64,000 nucleotides of DNA, taken from contig OZ024747.1 in assembly GCA_964016885.1 (NCBI GenBank), forward strand, positions 57,040,001 through 57,104,000, given 5' to 3'. Of this stretch, positions 41,228-55,951 are shown one piece after another (position 1 is the stretch's first letter; every line of letters starts with the position of its first letter). Under the pieces are notes generated by a model. It searched no databases. It was not told the origin of the DNA and saw only the letters and a list, made by a program, of their open reading frames with translations. Source of the stretch: Eledone cirrhosa (taxonomy: Eukaryota). The translations under genes were made by a program, and so were the position numbers.

Positions 41228-41632
41228 GGATTGGCAGAATCGGTAGTGGGTCGGACGCCATACTTTGCAACATAGATTTACAGCACTTTATGGTCTGAGT
41301 TCAAATCCCGCCGAGGTTAACTTTACCTTTCATTCTTACAGGGTTGATAAAATAAAGTACCAGTAATACACTGGAGTCAATTTAATCGACTTTCCACTCC
41401 CCAAATTTGTTGGCCTAGTGCCTAAATCAGAATCCATTATTATTATCATTATGGCAGTACCAGTAGAGGGTCAGACGCCATGTTTTGCAGGGTAGAGTTA
41501 CGATCATTTATGGTCTGAGTTCAAATCTTGCCGGGGTTAACTTTGCATTTCATTCTTACGGGGTTAATAAAATAAAGTACAAGTAATGCACTGGAATAAC
41601 TTCTGGCCTTGTGCCAAAAGTAGAAACAATTA
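41228..41632 (+). mobile_element. Two tandem SINE family B copies
   Basis: ~41228-41440 and ~41452-41632, each with box B and the central domain. Confidence 0.85.
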
Positions 41633-42100
41633 TATAATGTAGTCAGGAGATGTTGACTGTTATGTAATTGTACAGAAACATGTTTATGATTGAACTCAAT
41701 AAATTTTTGTTCTGTCCACATCTTCCTGTCTAGTTTTACCTGATTTTGTTCCTGGTACCATATTTATACTTATATATAAATATGAATATATACATGTATA
41801 TATATATATATATTATATATGAAAAACAAGGGGAGAGGAATACTGCGTGGTTGCACATGGATTACATATTATAAAATTAGTCCCTCATCAGTGATTTGCC
41901 AACCATCATTGGTATATAGTATATATAGTAATAATAATAAATTTGAAGACTAAAATCCAAAGAGGGGTCGATAAGGATAAATATATATCAAATATATAAG
42001 AACCGTAGAGAAAATATTTATTAAAATAACAAAAGTTTCAGAAGATCCCGTTAAGGGTAAAAGCAGCGTTTCTTTGCTTAAACTTTAATCTGTCATTTTA

Positions 42101-42160
<60 letters not shown>

Positions 42161-42165
<5 letters not shown>

Positions 42166-42420
42166 TCCTTGAGCAAGACACTTTATTTCACATTGCTCCA
42201 GTTTACTCAGCTGTAGAAATGAGATGATAGGGACTGGGGTCCATATCATTTCACTGCAAAGTGGTCGTGCAGATGCCACGGCAAAAAAGCACCCAGCACT
42301 CACTGTAAATGAGGTTGGTGTTAGGAAGGGCATCCAGCTGTAGAAATCAAGCCAAAATCAGTTCCCGTCCCACCCTTGCAAGCAGGGAAAAAGCGGACGT
42401 AAAATGAAATGATGATGATA
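42161..42420 (+). mobile_element. SINE family A, headless, tail type 1
   Basis: Match to 11528-11783. Confidence 0.85.
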
Positions 42421-42625
42421 TATATATATATATATGATGATGATGATGATGGTGGTTGCAACTTGAAGCCATCACTTGATACTTAAGCATGAACGTGGCT
42501 TTTTAGTCCTGCTAGTAACTTGCATGTGGCCAGCAATGCCATGCATCGCCAAAAATGTCACATACCAAGTGGTGCCTGTGCTTAAGGTTATTTAAGTGAG
42601 GAAAGATATATATATATATATATAT

Positions 42626-42837
42626 TAGTTATGTAATAAACAACATAAGATAATTATTTTGTTTACGGCATAAGATAATTATCTTATTTACGACTGAAGA
42701 CAGATATAAATATCTGCCTTCAAGAAACCACTGGTAAATGAAATAATTATCTTAGGTTGTTTATTGCATAACTAATAAGCTCTATAGCCTACATAGAGCA
42801 CTCTTTTTTCCTGTACCTTTCTGACGGAAATACTTCA
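42626..42837 (+). mobile_element. Fold-back of the 39625 family, truncated within the hammerhead
   Basis: GAAACCACTGGTAAATGAAA retained; GCTC...GAGCACT at 42779-42802; short inverted arm at left. Confidence 0.78.
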
Positions 42838-42852
42838 TATATATATATATAT

Positions 42853-43041
42853 AACGAAGGAAATGTTGTAAGGAACCAGGTGGACCATAACGCACCAAAG
42901 TACTCAATACTTAGGGTAGTAGAGTGGGTAATAGGAACGAGTAGGACCTCGACGGCTGAGCTCAAGCTGTTTCGACGGCTAATTCTGGACTGAATTAGCC
43001 GTCGAAATGGCTTGAGCTCAGCCGTCGGGGTCCTACTCGTT

Positions 43042-43043
<2 letters not shown>
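42853..43043 (-). mobile_element. Family P palindromic fold-back
   Basis: Same ends as 21779-21975, opposite orientation. Confidence 0.82.
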
Positions 43044-43091
<48 letters not shown>

Positions 43092-43398
43092 TATATCTTT
43101 ATGCCGCAAAGATGTTTAGCGAGTTATCTATTGATAGCAGGAAAATTATTCTATAATTTATTTAATTATACACATAAAATTGAAATCTTTAAGGTTCAGT
43201 AATATACCTGAGTTCTGTGCCTTTGGCAGCTGCCTAGTTGGCCTTATTGGAACTGCCAGCTCTGAACTGAAACTATAATGATTTTCAGAGGTTGACTGAA
43301 GAGTGAGGACTGTTTTAGTTTCTGTTGTTTTTTTTTATGCCCCTCTCCTTTTGATAAATATATATATATATTTGTGTGTGTGTAAGTATATATACATA

Positions 43399-43437
<39 letters not shown>

Positions 43438-43457
43438 GTATATATATATATATGTAC

Positions 43458-43525
<68 letters not shown>

Positions 43526-43628
43526 GTACATATGTATGTATATATATATATATATATATGTACATATGTATGTATATATATATATGTACATATGTATGTA
43601 TATATATATATATATGTACATATGTATG

Positions 43629-43668
<40 letters not shown>

Positions 43669-43695
43669 TATAAGTATGTATGTATGTATACAGAC

Positions 43696-43756
<61 letters not shown>

Positions 43757-44149
43757 AATAGGAGAATGCAATAATGATAGTTAGGGACATGAAGAAGAAG
43801 AAGAAGAAAAAGAAGAAGAAGAAAAAGAAGAAGAAGAAAAAGAATGAACACCAATAATTACATACAGTAACAACAACAACAATACCAATATCACCACCAA
43901 CAAAAACAACAACAGTCACAGTAACAACAACAACAACACCAGCTCCAATAACAACAGCAACAGCCGCAATAAAACTCCTAAGATGTTTTCAATCAGTACA
44001 AAGTTATTGATCAAAGAACTAGGTTTTCTTGCTCCCCCCTCTCTCTCCCCCCTCTCTCTCTCTCACACACACACATTCTCCTCTACATATTTTTAATGTC
44101 TCCTCCCCTTCAGTTAATCAAGACCAGCATGAAATACTCCTTTATAAAC

Positions 44150-44184
<35 letters not shown>

Positions 44185-44369
44185 CTTACACACATATAAG
44201 TATATACATATGTAATAGGTATACATACATGCATCTCTCGCTCACTCTCTCACACACATACACACATACTCTCTCTCTCTCTCTTTCTCTCACACACATA
44301 CTCTCTCTCTCTCTCTCTCTCACACACACATACACACATACTCTCTCTCACACACACACACACACACAG

Positions 44370-44435
<66 letters not shown>

Positions 44436-44989
44436 CTGTGTGTATGTATGAGTGTATGTGTGTCTGTTGTCCATTCCTTCTCTTAATTTCTTTCCTTCTC
44501 TTTCAAACTTCCCTCCTTGCACTTTCTTCTTTTATCCTCTTCTTTGAAGTCCAGCCATAGAACTAAGGCAGTGGTGGTGGTGGTGGGGTTAGTAGTGGGG
44601 GGCAGTATTGGTAGTGGTAGTAGTGTTGTTGGTTGAAATGGTGATGGTGGTAGTTGACCACATATCATTGGCCTTCATCTCAGGTTCCTTGCTAATGAGA
44701 GCTTGTCACAGCCCTAACAGAGCCACAACTATAACAACAATAACAAATAAATATCAACAACAACAATAACAGCAATAACAACAATGACAACTATAACGAG
44801 CAACAACAACAAGAAGAATAGCAACAAATAAATATGTACAATAACAATAATAACAATAACAAACACAGCAATATTTGACACATTTAATTGATGTCTCCCT
44901 AAATTAATTGAAATAGTAGATTAATAGTAAACATAGCATCAAATCTTTCTGATGCCTCTCCTCCATACAGCACTGCTCCACTCTACATG

Positions 44990-45625
44990 ACACCACACCA
45001 TACAACACCACACCATACCACACCACACTACACTACACCACACCACATCATACCATACCACAACATACCATACTAAACCATACCATACCACACCACATCA
45101 GACCATACCACACCACACCACATTTCTCCATACCATTACAACATACCATACTAAATCATATCACACCACACCAGACCATACCACACCACATTTCTCCATA
45201 CCATACCATTACCCCAACATACCATACTAAATCATATCACACCACACCAGACCATACCATTACCACAACATACCATACTAAATCATATCACACCACACCA
45301 GACCATACCATTACCACAACAAACCATACTAAATCATATCACACTAGATCAGACCATACCACACCACATTTCTCCACACCATACCATTACCACAACATAC
45401 CATACTAAATCATATCACACTAGATCAGACCATATCACATTTCTCCATACCATACCATTACCATCACACTACTCTATACTGCACCATACCACACTACACT
45501 ACAACATACCACTCTAGACCATACCATTTCCCAACATACCACACCATTACCATACATACCACACCATTCGACACCACACTACAACACACTGAAATACACT
45601 ACACTACTGCACACTACACCACAAT
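44990..45625. repeat. (CACAC/CATAC)n pentanucleotide-based repeat
   Basis: Pentamer periodicity with repeated CATACTAAATCATATCACAC blocks. Confidence 0.85.
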
Positions 45626-45654
45626 TATTCCCGAGAGGGTTGTGGGGGGGGAGA

Positions 45655-45900
45655 TTCCTCACACACTCTTTCCACCAGGTCCTGTCAACAGCAACTGTCT
45701 CCAACTGATCCAAGCAAGACCTGCCAGAATCATGGATATTTTCCAATCATCTTGCTTGAGATCTTCCTCTGGCTCTCCTGCTGGTTGGTTTTGCCTGTAA
45801 GATCTGATGCAGGCTTTATATTTGGATGTAAAGGCCATAGTCTATAACTGCTTTGGGCCTCAAAAGGACTTAAGTTGGCCCAGTGCAGAAGGTACCAATG
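45655..45900 (-). pseudogene. Old RTE-like LINE 3' fragment
   Basis: Minus translation LHQILQAKPTSRRARGRSQAR*LENIH...LETVAVDRTWW. Confidence 0.6.
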
Positions 45901-45967
45901 GAGAAATTTTCCTAATGTTGTATGTACTAAGTAGCTTTAGACACCAGTTTCACTTTAACTATCATTT

Positions 45968-46280
45968 TAATAATTGTTTCTACTTTTGGCACAAGGCCAG
46001 TGCATTACTGGTACTTTAGTTTATCGACCCCGTAAGGATGAAAGGCAAAGTGAACTATCATTTTAATAATGGTTTCTGATTTAGGAACAAGGCGAACAAT
46101 TTTGGGGAGGGGAAAGTTGATTAAATCAACCCCAGTGTATGACTGGTGCTTTATTTTATCAACCCTGTAAGGATAAAAGACAAAGCTAACTTTGGCAGGA
46201 TTTGAATTCAGAACATAAAGGGCTGTAACTCTATGCAGTGAAGCAAGGTGTCCGACATTCTATCTTTACAAGCAATCCAC
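45968..46280 (-). mobile_element. Two SINE family B copies
   Basis: Reverse complement of the central domain and tail, twice. Confidence 0.8.
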
Positions 46281-46909
46281 TACCCTAATGTTTTCTTTAC
46301 TGATCACAAAGGGTTTAACTTTCATTTTAATAATAGAAAGTACAGTATTTCTTTTGTGCATTATACCACTTCTGTTTCTGAAAGAATGGGAATAAATTAT
46401 ATCTTGTGTATTATATGACCATGGAGTACAGACATGTGATTTGTTTTTGTATTTTTTTTGTAAACTTGTTCAATGTTATTGATCACAATCTCAATCTTTC
46501 ATATATTTCACAACAGTATTATGTTTCTCATGACATTAAAAATTGTAAAACATTTGCTTATAATAGTGAGAGATGGGGGGGGGGGGGGGGGGGGCAGAAG
46601 AGATGGGACCAGTGACAATGAGGGTTTGATTCCATTGTGTTCGGACCTGGTATATATGTATATATTTATTTACCACACCATATTAACTGTTAGAAAAATA
46701 AACATTGTATTTATCTTTTGCACTATTAAAGTTGTTGCTTATAATTGGATTTCTAGCATTTTATAAACAATTGTTATCAGCACATATTAGCAATTTCGTC
46801 ATTTGAAATATACATTTTTCGGTTCAGCAAAACGTGTACATGTGTAGCATATGTTCATGTCTTTTGCCTTTAAATTTAGTTTAAAATACCTGCCTTATAC
46901 ACAAGAAAG

Positions 46910-47093
46910 TGGATTGGTAGTATCGGTAGAGGGTCGGACGCCATGCTTTGACGCATAGAGTTATGGCCTTTGCCATTCTGAGTTCATATCCCGCCGAGGT
47001 TAACTTTGCCTCTCATCCTTACGGGGTCGATAAAATAAAGTACCAGTAATGCACTGGGTAATTGCTGGCCTTGTGCCAAACGTAGAAACAATT
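46910..47093 (+). mobile_element. SINE family B
   Basis: Full-length match. Confidence 0.87.
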
Positions 47094-47109
47094 ATATACA
47101 ATATTCTAT

Positions 47110-47152
<43 letters not shown>

Positions 47153-47434
47153 GTATGCATTAATGTATGTATGTAAGTATGTATGCTTGTATGTATATAT
47201 ATATATATATATATCCATCATCGACTTTTCAAATAAGTATATCAACATTTTCCCAAGAGATAGCAACATGAATGGCCCTCTTATTTTTCTTAGAAATTTT
47301 TTTTTTGCATTTCCGCCTTGCCCATCTTCTCAATCTTACTATTTCTTCTTTAATTTCTCATTCTTTCTAATATATTCCTTCCATGTACTGTGTCGTTTAT
47401 TTTGTTATTTTTATTATTTCTGTTTACCTTTTAC

Positions 47435-47465
<31 letters not shown>

Positions 47466-48117
47466 CATGTAGATACACATAAAATCTCACACATATATTT
47501 TGATAATAGTCAACATCACACCAATGTCTAATATTGATTGCTTCTACGGAATTTTTTTTTTTTTTCTGTATCCAAGTGGTTTTGTTACTATGCAACATGT
47601 CAATAATTGATGTAAGTGTTGTCGCTGTTCTCTGGAGCGTGCATCGGTGCAAATAACCGATGCATGTTAAAGCAGTTATACAATTTTGAAGAAACCTCAA
47701 CTTGTCTATGAATGTCTTATTAATATTGTGAATTGGGTTTTAACTGTACAGTATTTTCTTAATAGATATAAAGATGCTGTTGTTATTGTTGTTATTTCTG
47801 TCACTTTTGTCTCTGCTGTTGTTGTTGGTGTTGTTGTTATTGTTGTTATTGTTGTTGTTGTTATTCTTGTTGTTACTATATTGTTGGTGTTGTTATTTTT
47901 ATTAATATTGTTATTGTTGTTGCTATTGGTGTTGTATTTATTGTTAATATTGTTGTTGTTGTTATTGTTGTTACTATTGGTGTTGTTATTTTTATTAATA
48001 TTGTTGTTGTTGTTGTTTTTACTATTGGTGTTGTTGTTATTGTTAATGTTGTTGTTGTTTTTGTTGTTGTTACTATTGTTAGTGTTGTTATTTTTGTTAA
48101 TACTGTTGCTTTTTTTG

Positions 48118-48323
48118 GAGCTGAAAGAGTTGAATCACTTAATGACAGCATCACTGCTCTCCCATTGGGACAGGTTGGACTTAGTCCTAATAGTCTTAAC
48201 TACATTCTTAAGTATAGCCTTACTGACTAGCCCCATCTCCATACGTGTCGGGTTCAGTAATCTACACGTGTGATTAGAAGCAAAGTCTTCCCTGTGATCC
48301 TTAAAGGTGAGAAAGGCTTCTTG
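48118..48323 (-). pseudogene. Inverted PLE reverse transcriptase N-terminal fragment
   Basis: Minus translation QEAFLTFKDHREDFASNHTCRLLNPTRMEMGLVSKAILKNVVKTIRTKSNLSQWESSDAVIK*FNS. Confidence 0.8.
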
Positions 48324-48690
48324 TAACCGACCAAATCAACAACAAGAAGTTAAATCCTATGTAGGTATGGCGGAGGGCCGGTTTAAGGAATGTTTCCTGA
48401 ACCATCAGTCGACCTTTAGATACCTGGTGAAACGATCGTCCACAAAACTCGTGAGCCACATATGGTTCCTGAAGGACACAGGCTTAGATTACTCCATCCA
48501 ATGGAAATCTATTACTAAGTCTAAGCCTTACGCAAATGGGAATCCGACTTGTGGGCTACGCATTGAAGAAAGGATCAATATCCTGAGAAGTTTATGTAAT
48601 ATTGATTGCCTAAATTCAAGGAATGAACTTTTCTCACGTTGTCCACACGTCTGGAAACACCTATTACATAATTACAAAGCCCCAGATTGA
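48324..48690 (+). pseudogene. PLE GIY-YIG endonuclease C-terminal fragment
   Basis: SYVGMAEGRFKECFLNHQSTF..STKLVSHIWFLK..YSIQW..KPY..CGLRIEE..LNSRNELFSRCPH. Confidence 0.88.
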
Positions 48691-48865
48691 CTAACATCAA
48701 CAATCCATAATATTCTGAATAACATGAATAATTTATTCTGGGAATCCCCAGTTATCTCCCTTAGACCGATCTATCATGGGTTTACCTCCTCCAGGAGAAG
48801 TGACTATTTCTGCACATGCGTATTCGTACAGTTGTTTTTTTATTTTCCATACAACTTCATTTAGA

Positions 48866-48906
48866 CCGAGCTGAGGATCCGAATAAAGGGAAACACTTGT
48901 TCTCAG
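48866..48906 (+). ncRNA. Minimal hammerhead in the PLE 3' UTR
   Basis: CCGAG-CUGAGGA-UCC..GG-GAAA-CACUUG-UU-CUCAG; homologous to 58780-58820; ACTC..TGAGTACT at 48944-48966. Confidence 0.65.
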
Positions 48907-49429
48907 TATGGTGAACTAACTGTTGTGGAACTACTTCTACCAAACTCATCCCATGGACTGAGTACTCTACTACTACAGATATAACACAACAGTATTCTAG
49001 TATTACATATATATATATATACCTACATATATATATACATATATATAGTTGTCCACTTATATAGCCATTTTCTCCCCTTTTATTCTCTTTCTCTTCATTC
49101 TTTTGTCTTCTACTCTATGTCATTTGAAACAAAGCAAGAAAATCTTGGTTGAAAAGTTGTGTTATTTGTTTTTTATATTCTATTGCTGACACTTCAAACA
49201 GCTAAAGTATACAAACATTTCAGTAAAACACACCTTATATATACCCATCACTTCTCTCTCTTCCTCCAGTCTCTCTTTCTTCCACAAAATATACAAACAT
49301 TTGAGGAAAATACACCTTACATGTACTAATTTCTCTGTTCTCTCTCTCTCTCTCACTCTCACACACACACACACTCTCTCTGTCATCAGTCTCTCTTTAT
49401 TCCTGATCCATCTCTGTATCTCTTCCCCC

Positions 49430-49472
<43 letters not shown>

Positions 49473-49949
49473 ACTCTCTTGCTCTCTCCCTCTTTTTCTC
49501 AACCTCTCTCTCCTCTCTCTCAAATCTTGCTAAAAACTTATATCTTCTGTGTGAAAATAAAAGTGTAGACAAGGAACAAGGAAAGACAGAAGAAGCAATA
49601 TATGATCTCTCTCTCTCTCTCTCTCGCTCTTACTTTTACTCTCTCTTCGTGTTTCACACAAGCATTCACAAATACATAGCGGCATGTGCACACAGCAACA
49701 TGGAAATATATACACATATATACACACACATATACACATACAAATACATACAGCTGCTCACACACAGATGCACATGGACAAAACAGACACATCACTCACA
49801 GTACTCACACACACACACACACACATATATATATGTGTATATATGTATATATATATATATGTATATACATATATATACATATATATATACATATGCTGTT
49901 GATGATGATGGTGATCGTGATGATAATGATATGTGTGTGTGTATATGCA

Positions 49950-50023
<74 letters not shown>

Positions 50024-50172
50024 CACACATATATATATATGCTGTTGATGATGATGATGAAGCTGGTGATGGTGGTTATGATGATGATTATGATGCTGAT
50101 CACAATGGCAATGATGATGATGCTGACAATAATGAAAATAACAGTAATAACAAAAGCAACAACAACAATGAC

Positions 50173-50206
<34 letters not shown>

Positions 50207-50913
50207 ACAACAACAATGACTGACAAAAAAAGGAAAAAGACACCACTCCCCCCCCCACCCCTCAACTACAGCAGGAAAGAAATCATAAACCAAAACATGA
50301 AAAAAAAAATTATAGAAGTTAATACACAAGTAACAACATCAACAATGTCACAACAACAACAACAACAACGTCACAACAACATTAACAACATAAAGGTGGA
50401 GGACAAACATCATCAACAACAACAACAACAACAACAGCAGCAGCAGCATCTTCAACAACAACAACAACACCAACAGCAGCATCATCAACAACATCATCAT
50501 CATAAACAGCAGCGTGAACATCATCATCATCATCATCACCATAAACAACATTACCAACATTAACATCATCATCACCACCAACATCAACTGCATCAACACA
50601 AACATCATCATCATCACCAACATCAACTACATCAACACAAACATCATCATCATCACCAACATCAACTACATCAACACAAACATCATCATCATCAACAATC
50701 ACACACTAAAACATAAAATAAGAAGAGATATGAAATATGAAATAGGGGGAGGTAGGGGTTAGGGGGGGGGGTAAGGTGTATAAATAAATAAAATATATAA
50801 ATAAAAGAAGAATAAATAAGAAATAAAACAAATAAAAGAATAAGAAGAGAAAGAGTGTGGGGGGGGGGACAAACAGATACATACATTCATATATATATAT
50901 ATATATGTATATG

Positions 50914-50961
<48 letters not shown>

Positions 50962-51058
50962 CATAGATATATATATACACATGTTCATAGCTAGTTCTCT
51001 AATGTTTAAAAGAAAAATATATATGTGAATATATATGTGTCTATATAAATATATACAG

Positions 51059-51105
<47 letters not shown>

Positions 51106-51390
51106 AACACACACATATATGTATGTATGTATATATAAGCATGTCTATATAAAGAAATATTATTATGGCAAGTCACTCGACAGTATTCCAGTGGTTTGTC
51201 AGGAATATATATCTTTAGTTAGGAAAACACAACATTTTGTGATTGTCTCTTAAAATTCTTCCTTCATCCATCATAGCTATTTCTTTTAGTAATGAAGGCA
51301 CCACAAAACAAATATGCCTACATACCTATGTATAAAAAAGTATGTATGTTTATATGTACATATATTCATATGTAATTATACATACATATA

Positions 51391-51431
<41 letters not shown>

Positions 51432-51538
51432 GTATATATATATATATATGTATATATATGTATGTATAATTACATATGAATATATATACATATATATGTA
51501 TATACATATATATATATACATATATATATATATACATG

Positions 51539-51572
<34 letters not shown>

Positions 51573-51634
51573 CATGTATATATATATATATATATATACA
51601 TGTATATATATATATATTCATATGTAATTATACA

Positions 51635-51691
<57 letters not shown>

Positions 51692-52096
51692 GTATATATG
51701 TATATATGAAATATATTTATATTAGTATGCTTTTATATATATATATATGTATATGTATATACAAATTTAGGTATGTATAAATGTATGTATGCATGTATAT
51801 AAATGTATGTATATATATGTATGTATGTATGCATATATGTATGTATTTCCATGTAGAAGTACACATCTGTATGTCTTTGTATACACCATGACCAAATATA
51901 TCCTTTTGTTATGCCTTTATGTGAGCTTGTAATAATATTTACAAACCATAATCATAACCACATACATACCTACACACACATACCTACAGACACACACATG
52001 CCTTCACACACACGTGTGTGTTTGCGCATGTATGAATGTATGTATGTATATATGTATTGTATGTATGTATATATGTATGTATGCATGTATGTATAT

Positions 52097-52152
<56 letters not shown>

Positions 52153-52173
52153 GTATATATATATGTGTGTGTG

Positions 52174-52242
<69 letters not shown>

Positions 52243-52362
52243 TTATACACGTGTGTATGAGTGTATAAAATGTGAGTGTGTATAGTTATGTATGTATATA
52301 TATATATATATACACACACACATATATATTTACATATGTATGTGTGTCTATAGTCATATATG

Positions 52363-52411
<49 letters not shown>

Positions 52412-52454
52412 GCATATATATTTACATATGTATGTGTGTCTATAATCATATATG

Positions 52455-52496
<42 letters not shown>

Positions 52497-52744
52497 TATA
52501 TATTTACATATGTATGTGTGTCTATAGTCGTGTATGTATGTATATATGTACACACACACACATATATATATATACACACATGTGTATGAGTGTATGTATG
52601 TGTGTGTGTATATCGTCATATATGTATGTACAAACTAAATCAGTGTGTAAACAAAAATACAGCCCTCTAGTACATGTGTACATATGTTTACCAACTAGCA
52701 TTTCCACCAAATCCACCATCACCTCTGCCATTGTCATTACTATA

Positions 52745-54510
52745 ACATCACCACCACCACCACCATCACTATATCAAAACAGCACTGCCACCACCACCAC
52801 CACCACCATCACTATATCACAACAGCACTGCCACTACCACCACCACCACCACCATCACTATATCACAACAGCACTGCCACTACCACCACCACCACCACCA
52901 TCACTATATTACAACAGCACGGCCACCACCACCACCACCACCACCATCACTATATCACAACAGCACTGCCACCACCACCACTACCACACTACCAACATCT
53001 TCACTATACCTCAACAGCACTGCTACCACCACCACCATCACTATATTACAACAGCACGGCCACCACCACCACCACCACCATCACTATACCCCAACAGCAC
53101 TGCCACCACCACCACCATCACTATATCACAACAGCACTGCCACCACCACCACCACCACCATCACTATATCACAACAGCACTGCCACCACCACCACCACCA
53201 CCATCACTATATCACAACAGCACTGCCACTACCACCACCACCACCATCACTATACCCCAACAGCACTGCCACCACCACCATCACTATATCACAACAGCAC
53301 TGCCACCACCACCACCACCACCACCATCACTATATCACAACAGCACTGCCACCACCACCACCACCACCATCACTATATCACAACAGCACTGCCACCACCA
53401 CCACCACCACCATCACTATATCACAACAGCACTGCCACCACCACCACCACCACCACCATCACTAAATCACAACAGCACTGCCACCACCACCACCACCACC
53501 ATCACTATATCACAACAGCACTGCCACCACCACCACCACCACCACCATCACTAAATCACAACAGCACTGCCACCACCACCACCACCACCACCATCACTAT
53601 ATCACAACAGCACTGCCACCACCACCACCACCATCACTATATCACAATAGCACTGCCACCACCACCACCACCACCACCATCACTATATCACAACAGCACT
53701 GCCACTACCACCACCACCACCATCACTATATCACAACAGCACTGCCACTACCACCACCACCACCATCACTATATCACAACAGCACTGCCACCACCACCAC
53801 CACCACCATCACTATATCACAACAGCACTGCCACCACCACCACCACCACCACCATCACTATATCACAACAGCACTGCCACTACCACCACCACCACCACCA
53901 TCACTATATCACAACAGCACTGCCACCACCACCACCACCACCATCACTATATCACAATAGCACTGCCACCACCACCACCACCACCACCATCACTATATCA
54001 CAACAGCACTGCCACCACCACCACCATCACACTACCAACATCTTCACTATACCCCAACAGCACCACCACCACCATCACTATACCACAACAGCACCACCAC
54101 CACCATCACTATACCACAACAGCACTGCCACTACCACCACCACCACCATCACCTCTGTCATTATCATTACTATACCACTACCACCACCACCATCACTATA
54201 CCACAACAGCACTGCCACCACCACCACCACCACCACCACCACCATCACCTCTGTCATTATCATTACTATACCACCACCACCACCATCTCTATATCACAAC
54301 AGCACTGCCACCACCACCACCATCACCTCTGTCATTATCATTACTATACCACCATCACATCCACCATCACCATACCACAACAGCACTGTCACCACCACCA
54401 CCACCACCACCACCATCACTATACCACAACAACAACACCATCACCTCTGCCATTATCACTACCACTACCACCAACACCATCACTATACCACAACACTATC
54501 ACCACCAGTT
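52745..54510. repeat. Variable-length minisatellite: (CCA)n + TCACTATATCACAACAGCACTG spacer
   Basis: Near-constant 22-nt spacer between CCA runs of variable length. Confidence 0.92.
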
Positions 54511-54904
54511 GTTTAACCAATGGAACAGGCAGCTAATGGAATTGACATGCAAGTCATTTACATACTTAACCTACTTCTCAGGGAGATTCAGCTTGCCACA
54601 GTTTGTGATAAGGCTTGCCCTTTGAATGTCACATATTTTACCAGCTGATAGGAACGGAGCAAGATGAATTTAAGTGTCTTGCTCAAGGTCACAACATGCT
54701 ATTCCCTCTATGAATTGAAATCAAAACCTTTATCAACTGAACACCTTAACCACTATACATGCATATATAAATCTACACATACATATATACACATAAATAT
54801 ACACACATTAATATATCGACATATATACACCTTCACATATATACATATGTATATATACATTTTAGCTGAACACACACACAAATAAACATATGATCACAAT
54901 CAGT

Positions 54905-55229
54905 CAGGGTCGGATTTAATTAGGGGCAAAGGGGGAAATTGCGGTGTGGGGGGCGGTGGTGCGGTGGGGTGGGGGTGTGGTGGTGGGGGGCACCAATGAC
55001 GGCTGTAGCAATTTATTTGTGCCCTCAGTTGAGCTTTTCAGTTTTAGGATGGTTAGAATTTTTGAATTTAATACCTGTATGTATAACTTTTCAATTCCAA
55101 TTACTTCCGTCATACTAACTTTGATATGTAAAATTGGGGGGGGGGGGGGGGTGCTGTGTATTCTAATATTTTGTGTATGAGAGACCCACCCAAGTGCCTT
55201 GGCCCCCGCCGGGTCTAAATCCAGCCCTG
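54905..55229. mobile_element. MITE with CAGGG-type terminal inverted repeats (hAT-like)
   Basis: CAGGGTCGGATTTA ... TAAATCCAGCCCTG; no clean TSD. Confidence 0.6.
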
Positions 55230-55409
55230 CATCTCAGTATATTTGCTGTAGTTATGTTAATTAACAGCAGGAAGGAGTAGTGATGTTTGTTGTAGACAGG
55301 AGTGTAGAGACTGTTTATAATTTGTGTACAAGAGACAAAAATGACAAATGTAAAATGCATATTTTTTTTTTAAATCTGAAAGATGTTGACAGCAACAAGA
55401 ACAGCAATA

Positions 55410-55597
55410 ATAATTGTTTCTACTTTTGGCACAAGGCCAGCAATTATCCCAGTGTATTACTGGTACTTTATTTTATCGACCCCCGTAAGGATGAAAGGCA
55501 AAGTTAACCTCGGCGGGATTTGAACTCAGACCACAAAGGGCCGTAACTCTTTGCTGCAAAGCATGGTGTCCGACCCTCTACCGATTCTGCCAATCCA
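55410..55597 (-). mobile_element. SINE family B
   Basis: Full-length reverse-complement match. Confidence 0.87.
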
Positions 55598-55899
55598 CCG
55601 CCATTCAACAACAACAACAATAACAACAACAATAATAATACCAATAGTAACAACAACAATAATAATAACAATAGTAACAACAGTAACAGAAGCGTTAACA
55701 TCAGCAATAAAAGGCAAAATTATGAAAATACAACAGACACACATACATACATGTATATATATATATATATATAGAATAAAATATACATATATACTCACAC
55801 ATACAAATACGCACACATACATAGAATCATATGTATACAGACCCCCACACACAGAGAGACAAATACAAACAAACATACACACACACACTCATATTTATA

Positions 55900-55951
<52 letters not shown>

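Noticed and set aside
41821-41900. Minus-strand CTGATGA as a hammerhead
   Set aside because: No GAAA/UH half or closing stem I found
42694-42743. Complete hammerhead starting at CTGAAGA
   Set aside because: That CTGAAGA pairs with CCTTCA as the 5' strand of stem II, and no stem I partner is present; it is a truncated motif
44600-44735. Possible minus-strand terminal exon (VALLGL*)
   Set aside because: Too short, and no upstream exons identified
52745-54510. CRISPR array
   Set aside because: Intervening segments are only (CCA)n, not unique spacers; eukaryotic context with no cas genes
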